Virus record (IMG/VR): IMGVR_UViG_3300036835_000437
Source: an uncultured virus (IMG/VR IMGVR_UViG_3300036835_000437)
Taxonomy: Duplodnaviria; Heunggongvirae; Uroviricota; Caudoviricetes
Length of the DNA stretch: 20,000 nucleotides
Reading direction: 5' to 3' (one strand)
In this document: positions 7,485 through 14,508 of the stretch, piece after piece
Layout of the letters: every line of letters begins with the position of its first letter
Numbering within the stretch: the first letter of the stretch is position 1
Notes under the pieces: generated by a model
Databases searched by the model: none
The model's input: only the letters and a program-made list of their open reading frames with translations
What the model was told of the DNA's origin: nothing
Made by a program: the position numbers and the translations under genes

Positions 7485-7776
7485 CGAGTTGCTCGATTCC
7501 GACAAGCTCATCGCATGGCTGCGCCAGCAGCCGGCCGATGAGGAGTATCAGTGGAGCGATCCGGTGAAGTGCCTGATGGGGCGCTACATCACCGATGTCG
7601 GCACGCCAGCCGATCTCTACGCCTACAGCGAGATGCCGCACTACCACGAGATCGCCGAGACCAAGCCCTGGACGTTCGGCGCTGCGCTCCAACGTGCCGA
7701 GGCGTTCAGAGAGTTGGCGCCGCCGGCACCGGTGCTGCAGATCGAGGACCGCCATGCAGAGGTCGTTCAAGAGTGA
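7477..7776 (+). CDS. Hypothetical phage protein (LIAWL..QPADEEY...C...PWTFGAAL.RA type)
   Basis: Own GGAGG SD at about 7463-7467 before ATG 7477. Its stop overlaps the helicase GTG. Confidence 0.75.
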   Translation: MPSELLDSDKLIAWLRQQPADEEYQWSDPVKCLMGRYITDVGTPADLYAYSEMPHYHEIAETKPWTFGAALQRAEAFRELAPPAPVLQIEDRHAEVVQE

Positions 7777-9287
7777 AGGAACTGCGCCCTTATCAAGAAG
7801 AAGCCCTCCAGGCGATCCGGCAGACGGTGGGCCAGGGCGTGAAGCGCCTCGTCTGTCAGGCGCCAACGGGAAGCGGCAAGACGGTCCTGGCGGCGACGAT
7901 AGTTGAAGGCGCGCTGCGCAAGGGCAACCGGCTGTGCTTCACGGTGCCGGCGATCGATCTTGTCGATCAGACCGTCGAGATGTTCTACGCGCAGGGCATC
8001 CGCGACATCGGCGTCATCCAGGCCGATCACCAGATGACCAACTGGGCGATGCCGATTCAAGTCGCGTCGATACAGACCATCCGCTCGCGCAAGGTCTATC
8101 CCGAGGCCCAGGTTGTCGTCATTGACGAGTGCCACCAGCTGCACAAGGCACATGTAGCATGGCTACAACACCCTGACTGGCAAGCAGTGCCGTTCATCGG
8201 GCTCAGTGCAACTCCCTGGACGCGCGGCCTCGGGCGCCACTTCGAGACCCTCCTCGTGATGAGCACCACGAAGGAGCTGATCGAACAGGGCTACCTCTCC
8301 AAGTTTCGCGTGTTCGCAGCGGATCATCCCGACCTTTCTCAGGTTAAGGTCGTAGCCGGCGATTACGTCGAGAAGCAGCTGTCCACCGTGATGAGCGAAC
8401 AGCAGCTGATGGCGAACATCATCGAGACCTGGAAGGTGCGCCATGGCAAGGACAAGACATTGGTGTTCGGAGTCGACTGCGCGCATGCCCAGGCGCTTCA
8501 GGCGCGCTTCCTCGACGCTGGCGTCTCGTGCGCGTACCAGGACGCCGGCGCGCCAAGCTCGGAGAGAGCCGCGATCAAGCGGGGGTTCCACGATGGAACA
8601 TATCGTGTGGTTTGCAATGTCGGAACACTCACAACGGGAGTGGACTGGGATGTCCGATGCCTCGTCTTGGCCCGCCCAACCCGTAGCGAGATGCTCTTTG
8701 TGCAGATTCTGGGCCGGGCTCTACGCACGGCTCCTGGCAAGGACTATGCGCTTATTCTCGACCACACGAGCACGCACGAGCGGCTAGGGCTCGTTACCGA
8801 TATCCACCACGAGCGGCTGAGCCAGGGCAAGCTCGATGACAACAAGAGCGTGAAGCGCGGCCCGCCTCTGCCCAGGCCTTGCCCCCGGTGCTCGTGCCTG
8901 CTGGCAGTCGGCCAGAAGGTCTGCGAGGAGTGCGGCTTCGAGCGCAAGATCGTGAGCAAGATCACCGAGAGAGACGGTCAGCTGGTGGAGTTCGATGGGA
9001 CCTTTCGCAAGAAGGGCAAGACCAATCCCGACTTACTGCCCTACACCTACGAGGAGAAGCGGCGGTTCTACGCCCAGCTGCGCGGCCACGAGATCATGAA
9101 GGGCTACAAGACCGGTTGGGCCAAGATGCAGTACCGGGAGAAGTTCAAAGAGCCTTGGCCGCCTTGGCCCTGGGAGCGCGACGCCCCCATGAACCCAGGC
9201 CCAGAGGTGGTGAACTATGTCCGATCCCGTGCCATCGCCTGGGCGAACAGTCCCGACAACCCTCGCAACCGCCCGCGTTCAGCTTGA
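7773..9287 (+). CDS. SF2 DExH helicase, RadD/YejH-like, with C-terminal Zn finger
   Basis: Q motif LRPYQ, Walker A APTGSGKT, Walker B IDECH, motif III SATP, LTTGVD, motif VI QILGRALR, then CPRC..CEEC. Start is GTG 7773 (GTGA overlap), not 7551. Confidence 0.93.
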   Translation: MKELRPYQEEALQAIRQTVGQGVKRLVCQAPTGSGKTVLAATIVEGALRKGNRLCFTVPAIDLVDQTVEMFYAQGIRDIGVIQADHQMTNWAMPIQVASIQTIRSRKVYPEAQVVVIDECHQLHKAHVAWLQHPDWQAVPFIGLSATPWTRGLGRHFETLLVMSTTKELIEQGYLSKFRVFAADHPDLSQVKVVAGDYVEKQLSTVMSEQQLMANIIETWKVRHGKDKTLVFGVDCAHAQALQARFLDAGVSCAYQDAGAPSSERAAIKRGFHDGTYRVVCNVGTLTTGVDWDVRCLVLARPTRSEMLFVQILGRALRTAPGKDYALILDHTSTHERLGLVTDIHHERLSQGKLDDNKSVKRGPPLPRPCPRCSCLLAVGQKVCEECGFERKIVSKITERDGQLVEFDGTFRKKGKTNPDLLPYTYEEKRRFYAQLRGHEIMKGYKTGWAKMQYREKFKEPWPPWPWERDAPMNPGPEVVNYVRSRAIAWANSPDNPRNRPRSA

Positions 9288-9561
9288 GCGGCTCCACTAC
9301 GGGCTGGCGCTGCACGGTCCGACCGAGGACACCCCCGCGCTGTGCAAGGCGCTCGCCCGGTCTCCGCTGTGGCTGGAGGCCCGGTGTCTGCTCCGGGGGC
9401 ATGGATTACCGGAATACGAGATCAACCTGCTGATGGGCACGCACCCCCAGGGCTGTGCCTGCTGGGAGTGCGTGCGTCAGTTACGCAAGGATGTCTTGAA
9501 GCACCGTCGCCGGCTCAGCGCCCGCGCTGCCGCAGGAAAGCCTCAGCCGCGCGCCCGGTGA
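9217..9561 (+). CDS. Hypothetical protein with an H..GCAC.EC motif
   Basis: GAGGTGG upstream of ATG 9217. Overlaps the helicase end and the convergent gene end. Confidence 0.5.
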   Translation: MSDPVPSPGRTVPTTLATARVQLERLHYGLALHGPTEDTPALCKALARSPLWLEARCLLRGHGLPEYEINLLMGTHPQGCACWECVRQLRKDVLKHRRRLSARAAAGKPQPRAR

Positions 9562-10126
9562 GCGGCGCCTTGCGCCTCTGGCCGGTAAGCTCGGCGTGCT
9601 TGTGCTCATCGCGCACCTTGCGCTTCTCTGTCGCTACGAGCTTCTTCTGCTCCTCGGTGGGAATCTTGTTATGAGCGTTGGCGACGGCATAGGCGGCAGC
9701 GGCGACCTCGGGGTCGAGCACCTCGCTAGCGGGGAACTCACGCTTGAGAACGGCATCGACCGCAGCCTGGGCGGCCATGCCCCGGCGCAGGAAGGTCGGG
9801 ACAGGGCCAGGGTCATTCAGATCACCAGCCCGTGGTATTGCGCCGGCATTGTCCTGGACGGTGACCGGGTCATCGCCTTTGCTCCGATCCTCCGCTACAT
9901 GCGCTACTGGAACCGGCGGCGCATCCTTGGCTTCTGTAAGACCAGACACTGGACGGCCACAGAGCTTTAGCCGTTGCATGTCCAACCGCCGAAACCTCTT
10001 GAGCAATCCCGGCAGCTCGACCTCAGCCCTGACCAGCATCCTGATCGCCTGCTCGCGCTGGAGTTCAAGGCGCTTGATCTGATTGCGCAGAAGCCGAAGC
10101 TCACGTTGGCGCTTGGTTTCCTTCAT
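9515..10126 (-). CDS. Hypothetical protein with basic N-terminal coiled coil
   Basis: Own promoter (10162-10190) and ATGAAAGG SD (10136-10143). Confidence 0.75.
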   Translation of the reverse strand: MKETKRQRELRLLRNQIKRLELQREQAIRMLVRAEVELPGLLKRFRRLDMQRLKLCGRPVSGLTEAKDAPPVPVAHVAEDRSKGDDPVTVQDNAGAIPRAGDLNDPGPVPTFLRRGMAAQAAVDAVLKREFPASEVLDPEVAAAAYAVANAHNKIPTEEQKKLVATEKRKVRDEHKHAELTGQRRKAPLTGRAAEAFLRQRGR

Positions 10127-10160
10127 GACGTGTTACCTTTCATGGTTGACGCTAGATAGG

Positions 10161-10190
10161 TAGTGTAGCACATCTGCAACACTATGTCAA
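10161..10190 (-). promoter_or_regulatory. Near-consensus sigma70 promoter overlapped by a 24-bp imperfect palindrome
   Basis: TTGACA (10190-10185), N17, TACACT (10167-10162). Palindrome TAGTGTAGCA-CATC-TGCAACACTA at 10161-10184. Confidence 0.8.
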
Positions 10191-10202
10191 GATAGCATAT
10201 AC

Positions 10203-10307
10203 CTATCTCAGCGGCACCTGACAATGGGTCAGTAGCGAGATCGCGAAGATGCAGATCGCCACCGCCATAGCGAGGATCACCACCTCGCGGATGGTGTAGT
10301 GCTTCAT
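10203..10307 (-). CDS. Small single-TM membrane peptide (34 aa)
   Basis: MKHYTIREVVILAMAVAICIFAISLLTHCQVPLR, with an ATGA overlap with the upstream stop. Confidence 0.6.
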   Translation of the reverse strand: MKHYTIREVVILAMAVAICIFAISLLTHCQVPLR

Positions 10308-10753
10308 CGCTTGATCCTGCGCTCTACCGGAATGTTCTGCGAGACCGGCATCGCGCGCGGGCGCGGATGATCCGGCGGCCACCCGTTGCAGTGTCCGATC
10401 TCGTGCCGCAGGAGCGTGCCGGTGTTGTAGCCGCGCTCGCGCATCACCTTGTCCTCGACCAGATAGATCACGCAGCTCTCGCTGTTGTGCCAAGCGCAGC
10501 CAAGCATGCCCGGCTTGTCCTGACCGCAGGCTGCCTGCAGCGAGACGAGGTCGGGCACGACCCTGATGGTAAGGTCGCCGTCGTAAGGACGGTCGAACTC
10601 CTCCGGTGGAAGGATCATCTTGGGCGCAGGGGCCGGTGTCGGCTTGACCGGGAGTATCCTGATTGTCGGATTGAAGTCGCCCTTCTGGGCAACGGCGAGG
10701 CTCACGCTGATGTTGGCTAACACCAGCGCGGCGAACCATGCTCCTCCTCTCAT
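10304..10753 (-). CDS. Secreted minimal zinc metallopeptidase (HExxH)
   Basis: Signal peptide MRGGAWFAALVLANISVSLAVA, Pro-rich linker, Cys residues and LLRHEIGHCNGWPPDH. ATGA overlap at 10750-10753. Confidence 0.7.
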   Translation of the reverse strand: MRGGAWFAALVLANISVSLAVAQKGDFNPTIRILPVKPTPAPAPKMILPPEEFDRPYDGDLTIRVVPDLVSLQAACGQDKPGMLGCAWHNSESCVIYLVEDKVMRERGYNTGTLLRHEIGHCNGWPPDHPRPRAMPVSQNIPVERRIKR

Positions 10754-10935
10754 CGCACCCGCTCCCAGATCAGGAAGCTGGCAACGCCACCGATCACCGC
10801 CGCTGGCAGCAGCAGAATATCGGTCTGCCACGACCACGGCGGTGGCGGCAGGTAGTCAATGCCGGGAATGGCAACGGCGACGATGGTGCCGGCGATCAGA
10901 TAGAGCGCAAGCGGGTGCTTCAGATACTTCTTCAT
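10750..10935 (-). CDS. Small membrane protein, 2 TM
   Basis: Two hydrophobic segments flanking PPPPW. CCCCAAC..ATGAAAGG leader. Confidence 0.75.
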   Translation of the reverse strand: MKKYLKHPLALYLIAGTIVAVAIPGIDYLPPPPWSWQTDILLLPAAVIGGVASFLIWERVR

Positions 10936-10970
10936 CGGTGGTTCCTTTCATAGGTTGGGGTTAATCCTCA

Positions 10971-11186
10971 TCAGCCCAGCTGGCTGACCAGGGCCTCGAA
11001 CTTCCTCTCGCTGGTGGTGAGCCGTATCGTCACCAGGAGCCGCAGCAAGCGCGCTGCGGGCTCGGGGATGGTGTAGCCCTCCGCATAGCGATAGGGGGAT
11101 CGGCGCGAGAGGCCCAGGACCTCGGCCATACGCTTGTGCGTCCAGCCCAGGGTTTCTCGTGCATTACGGTATTCGCTCGTAGTCAT
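10971..11186 (-). CDS. XRE-family HTH protein
   Basis: MT..EYRNARETLGWTHKRMAEVLGLSRRSPYRYAEG..IPEPAARLL. Confidence 0.85.
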   Translation of the reverse strand: MTTSEYRNARETLGWTHKRMAEVLGLSRRSPYRYAEGYTIPEPAARLLRLLVTIRLTTSERKFEALVSQLG

Positions 11187-11470
11187 CGTCCTCTCTCTTT
11201 CAGGAATGCGATGGTGGCCGCGATCTCCGCCGCCCAGGCCTCCAGGTCGGCGATGGTGTGCGCGGTGTTGCTGTGTGCCCGCAACGCCTCGGTGCGGATG
11301 TCCGCCAACGAGAGCGGCAGCGGCCTGTTGGCGGGCGGCGGGCCAGGATCGTACCCACCCTGCGTCGGCATCGGTGCGCCGCCGTCTTCCGGGATCAGGC
11401 CTCCATGCTCCCGGATGGCGTCCTCCAGGGAGTTAACCTCCTGCTTCTTACTGTGCTTGCGCTTGGCCAT
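11183..11470 (-). CDS. Hypothetical protein
   Basis: CCCAACTGAGAAAGG leader; ATGA coupling to the HTH gene. Confidence 0.7.
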   Translation of the reverse strand: MAKRKHSKKQEVNSLEDAIREHGGLIPEDGGAPMPTQGGYDPGPPPANRPLPLSLADIRTEALRAHSNTAHTIADLEAWAAEIAATIAFLKERGR

Positions 11471-12272
11471 GCTCTTGGTCCTTTCTCAGTTGGGTTGAGA
11501 CATAGTCGTGGTGGTCGAACGGGATTACCGGAACGAGCTTGGCGAGCCCGTCCAGGTCGGTGTCAACGCTCTCGATGTACTTGGCGACGATGTTGCCAAT
11601 CATCGCCCCCTGCTCGCGCTGCTTGAGTTGGTAGGGCTTGTCCACACCGTAGGTCGGCAGCACGGTGAGCACATCGAAGAAGCTGTACTGCTGGGGCTCG
11701 TGCCGCAGCACGCCCACTGCCATCAGTTCGGTGTTGGCGATGCAGATCGAAGTATTACGATGCTGCTCGCTCTCGCGCATGATCATGCCGGCAAAGCCGC
11801 AGTAGGCGACCATGCTGCCGGCTTCGAAGATATCCAGCTTGCTACGCTCGGCGATGCCGCCCAGGGCATGCCAGGAGAAGAACGCGAGCCGCGTGCGCTG
11901 GGCGCTGAGGCGACCTTTGCGCTGCAGCCGCATGACATAGGCGCGCACCATCACGCCGGCCTCGCGGCCTGGGACCAGCGGGTGCTTGTCCACCTCCCAG
12001 ACCAGTAACTCCACGATGGCAGAGCGCGAGCGCTTGAAGTGCCCGTTGACGAAGCAGCAGCGCTCGCCCTGGGCAGCTCTCAGGCGCTTCACGCCGGCCA
12101 TGAACTGGTCGGCAGCCTGTCTGGGGCCGCCCGTGATCGACTTCAGGAACTTCTCGATGGCCTGGGTCCAGAGCGTGCAGCCGGGCATGAGCATCCCGGC
12201 CCCCGCCATCTGGCGCTCGGCCAGATCGCGGGTGAGCTGTGCGGTGAAGATGCGCCCGGCAGTGGTCTTCAT
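11448..12272 (-). CDS. Hypothetical protein, 274 aa
   Basis: AAGGAG SD. Globular alpha/beta composition containing FSWHALG..AERS. Confidence 0.75.
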   Translation of the reverse strand: MKTTAGRIFTAQLTRDLAERQMAGAGMLMPGCTLWTQAIEKFLKSITGGPRQAADQFMAGVKRLRAAQGERCCFVNGHFKRSRSAIVELLVWEVDKHPLVPGREAGVMVRAYVMRLQRKGRLSAQRTRLAFFSWHALGGIAERSKLDIFEAGSMVAYCGFAGMIMRESEQHRNTSICIANTELMAVGVLRHEPQQYSFFDVLTVLPTYGVDKPYQLKQREQGAMIGNIVAKYIESVDTDLDGLAKLVPVIPFDHHDYVSTQLRKDQEHGQAQAQ

Positions 12273-12299
12273 GACGCCTTCTCCTTGTCTTGAGGGGTC

Positions 12300-12764
12300 T
12301 CATCGCAGCATCCCCATGAAGCGACCCGTGCGTACGTCGTAGTCGTCCATATGCAGGGGCGAGAGCGTCGGCTTCCCGTGCTCGGGGCGCAGGATGTAGA
12401 ACTCACCTGAGATGCGGTTACCGTAACGGTCCTCGGCCTGGATCATCAGCGCCTCGCGCCGGTCGGGATGCACGCTCGGACGTGGACCATTCTTCGCCTC
12501 GTCCAGGGTACGCACCGTTGCCAGCCAGACCTCGCTGATGAAGGCGTAGCGCACGACCTTGTGGTCGGCGAACGCCAAGCGCAGCCCGCGCTGGACGATG
12601 TCCTTCTCCTCGTCGTTCGACCAGGGCGTGGCGATCAGCAGGTGCGCCCCCTCCTCGGGTTCGGCGTGCCACATCGGCAGCACCTCGCCGCTTTCGTTGA
12701 ACATACGCATGGCGTTCTCGGCGGCGTTGGCGAAGAACTCCTGAAGCTCGGCAAGGTGAGTCAT
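12300..12764 (-). CDS. Hypothetical phage protein (SEVW...PS.HPDR.E type)
   Basis: GAGGAG SD and natural composition. Confidence 0.8.
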   Translation of the reverse strand: MTHLAELQEFFANAAENAMRMFNESGEVLPMWHAEPEEGAHLLIATPWSNDEEKDIVQRGLRLAFADHKVVRYAFISEVWLATVRTLDEAKNGPRPSVHPDRREALMIQAEDRYGNRISGEFYILRPEHGKPTLSPLHMDDYDVRTGRFMGMLR

Positions 12765-12767
12765 GGT

Positions 12768-12968
12768 TCACTCCTCCTCGACCGTCGTGACCCGCTTGAC
12801 GATGCGGAACTTGTTCTTCTGGGTCTCGCGGAGGCGCTGGCACGCCTCCTGCGCCTCTTCCTTCGGGTCCTTCCTGGGCTCGCCAAAGGCACGGACATCT
12901 GCCCACTGGCCGTCGCTCTCCAGGCGCTGAACCCAGTAGAGCGTGTAGTTGTCGTCGTTCCTGGACAT
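12768..12968 (-). CDS. Hypothetical protein
   Basis: ATGAAAGGAG SD at 12975-12984. Confidence 0.75.
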   Translation of the reverse strand: MSRNDDNYTLYWVQRLESDGQWADVRAFGEPRKDPKEEAQEACQRLRETQKNKFRIVKRVTTVEEE

Positions 12969-13063
12969 GTCGTTCTCCTTTCATGTTCTCCGGTAATCAC
13001 GCCCGCCCCGAAGCTCCTCAGCGAACAGGGCGGGCGCTTATCCGCTGGGATGCGGTCGGGGGA

Positions 13064-13435
13064 CTATTTCCCAGCAGAACAGATGCGGGCGATGCGCAAT
13101 GGGATCACCACCGTGCGGTCGCACTCGTCGCAGCACCGGCCCTCCGCTGCCGGCTCGGCGTTGTTGCCGCCCCTCCAGGTGCCCTTGGCGGGGATCGGCT
13201 GGTCACAGATGACGCAGATGAGCGGCTCGGGCAGCGCGCGGAGCTTGCGGTCCACGTAGGAGTAGTTGACCGGATCGTCGCTCTCCACGACACGGGTCTC
13301 GCGCACCATCATCCAGCGCATCGAGAGGTCGTAGACGTTCTGCTCGGCCTCCTCCCTGGTGGCGAAGCGCAGCTGGTTGCCGGTCCACTGTCCAGAGTTG
13401 TCGGCGATCACTTCGGGGGCATAGCTCTTGGGCAT
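13064..13435 (-). CDS. Two-domain small protein with C-terminal Zn finger
   Basis: N-domain W.GNQLRFATREEAE...RW...ETRVVESDDPVNY. C-domain CVIC...GNNAEP..EGRCCDEC...VIP.R. Confidence 0.8.
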   Translation of the reverse strand: MPKSYAPEVIADNSGQWTGNQLRFATREEAEQNVYDLSMRWMMVRETRVVESDDPVNYSYVDRKLRALPEPLICVICDQPIPAKGTWRGGNNAEPAAEGRCCDECDRTVVIPLRIARICSAGK

Positions 13436-13436
13436 G

Positions 13437-13712
13437 TCAGTCTCCTTTCATCAGGTTGGGGTTGGGGTCTTTAGCTTCAGTGTCGAACACCAGCGCGCAC
13501 GCCTCTAGGAACCTCTGCCTCTGCTTCGGGCCCGCGCCATAGACCTGCACAGCGATCATGGCGGTGACTCGCATGAACATCGCAGTGAGGCACGCAAACG
13601 TGTCGCGCTGCCGTCCGGCGATCTCGAACGCCTGGGTGACGTCTTTGAGCATGTTGTAGAGCTTGCCCTCGGCATAGCCCTGGAGGTCCTGCTGGAGTTG
13701 AGAGAGGGCCAT
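13437..13712 (-). CDS. Hypothetical helical protein
   Basis: GAGGAGGG SD; TGATG coupling with the upstream gene. Confidence 0.7.
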   Translation of the reverse strand: MALSQLQQDLQGYAEGKLYNMLKDVTQAFEIAGRQRDTFACLTAMFMRVTAMIAVQVYGAGPKQRQRFLEACALVFDTEAKDPNPNLMKGD

Positions 13713-13921
13713 CAGTTGTCCCTCCTCGGCATGCCGTGACGGGCGAACAGTTCGTTGGCGATGGCCTGGGCGGGATGCTTCTCGTACACCTCGACCAAGA
13801 CATCGACTGCGTGTCCGATTGCCTCTGCAGTGTTCTTGTTGCGCTCGCGTCTCCAGGCACGATGCGCCCGCACCACCGCCTGGATGGCGTCGATCAGTTC
13901 CTCGACGGGGGTCTGTGCCAT
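13712..13921 (-). CDS. Hypothetical helical protein
   Basis: GGAGGAG SD; tightly packed between its neighbours. Confidence 0.7.
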   Translation of the reverse strand: MAQTPVEELIDAIQAVVRAHRAWRRERNKNTAEAIGHAVDVLVEVYEKHPAQAIANELFARHGMPRRDN

Positions 13922-13922
13922 C

Positions 13923-14507
13923 TCACTCCTCCGCCCTGATCTCGGTGTGCAAGGTCTCGACGCCGGGTTGCCGCTTGCCCATGAACAGTCTCTCCTCGTC
14001 GCCTGGGCGGCACATATGCGGCAGGCAGGCCGACACCGGCACCAGCAGGAAGCGGAAGTTGCCCAGACCCAGCTGATGGCGCCGGCACAGGCGATGGTTG
14101 CCGTCGATCATGGTCTGGTAGCCGTTGCCCCAGTCCACCATGATGCCGGGACGGTCCAGGTCGCGCCCGGGGCTGATCTTGGGCAGTCGCTCGGGCACCA
14201 CGCCGTTGTTGGCGAGGACATGCCGGTAGAAGTCCTCGGGCGTGCGCTCCAGGCGGCACATCTGCGCCGCGATGCGACCAGCAGCGAGCCCGTCCTTGAT
14301 GCTGCGTACATCGAACACGACCGTACCCATGCTCGGCTCGGTGAACGTGAACACCTCGCGCTTCTCGTGGCCCTCCACGATGGTGCCGTCCTCCACCTCG
14401 CGTACCACCTCGATGGTGCGAGGTGCCTCGCGGTGGGCGAGGTCGCGCATGCCGGCGCGGTCCTCGTCGGTAAAGGTATCGAGGAAGACTTCCATGGCGT
14501 TGCTCAT
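13923..14507 (-). CDS. ParB/sulfiredoxin-like N-terminal domain protein
   Basis: DRPGIMV...TMIDGNHRL matches the ParB-N P-I-x-V...IDGxHR motif. No HTH seen. Start reassigned to ATG 14507. Confidence 0.7.
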   Translation of the reverse strand: MSNAMEVFLDTFTDEDRAGMRDLAHREAPRTIEVVREVEDGTIVEGHEKREVFTFTEPSMGTVVFDVRSIKDGLAAGRIAAQMCRLERTPEDFYRHVLANNGVVPERLPKISPGRDLDRPGIMVDWGNGYQTMIDGNHRLCRRHQLGLGNFRFLLVPVSACLPHMCRPGDEERLFMGKRQPGVETLHTEIRAEE

Positions 14508-14508
14508 G

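Noticed and set aside
7551..7772. N-terminal extension of the helicase ORF, and similar extensions at 3855-3989, 5489-5692, 6540-6662, 14508-14672 and 15232-15561
   Set aside because: They overlap genuine upstream genes; downstream starts have SD or stop-start coupling and coincide with the domain beginnings.
10203..10935. Possible lysis cassette (holin, endolysin, spanin)
   Set aside because: The peptidase has an HExxH zincin motif rather than a known endolysin motif, there is no clear spanin pair, and the context is early genes; not supported.
12418..12984. ORFs starting MKG... (12418-12984 and 18427-18684)
   Set aside because: They arise from the ATG within the ATGAAAGG leader, overlap better genes out of frame, and have R/G/P-rich shadow composition.
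12975..13025. CTGAGGAG...GAAA on the - strand resembling a hammerhead ribozyme core (also CTGATGA at about 13448-13454)
   Set aside because: Stem II does not close directly onto GAAA, I could not build stems I/III with a UH cleavage site, and the GAAA belongs to the SD leader.
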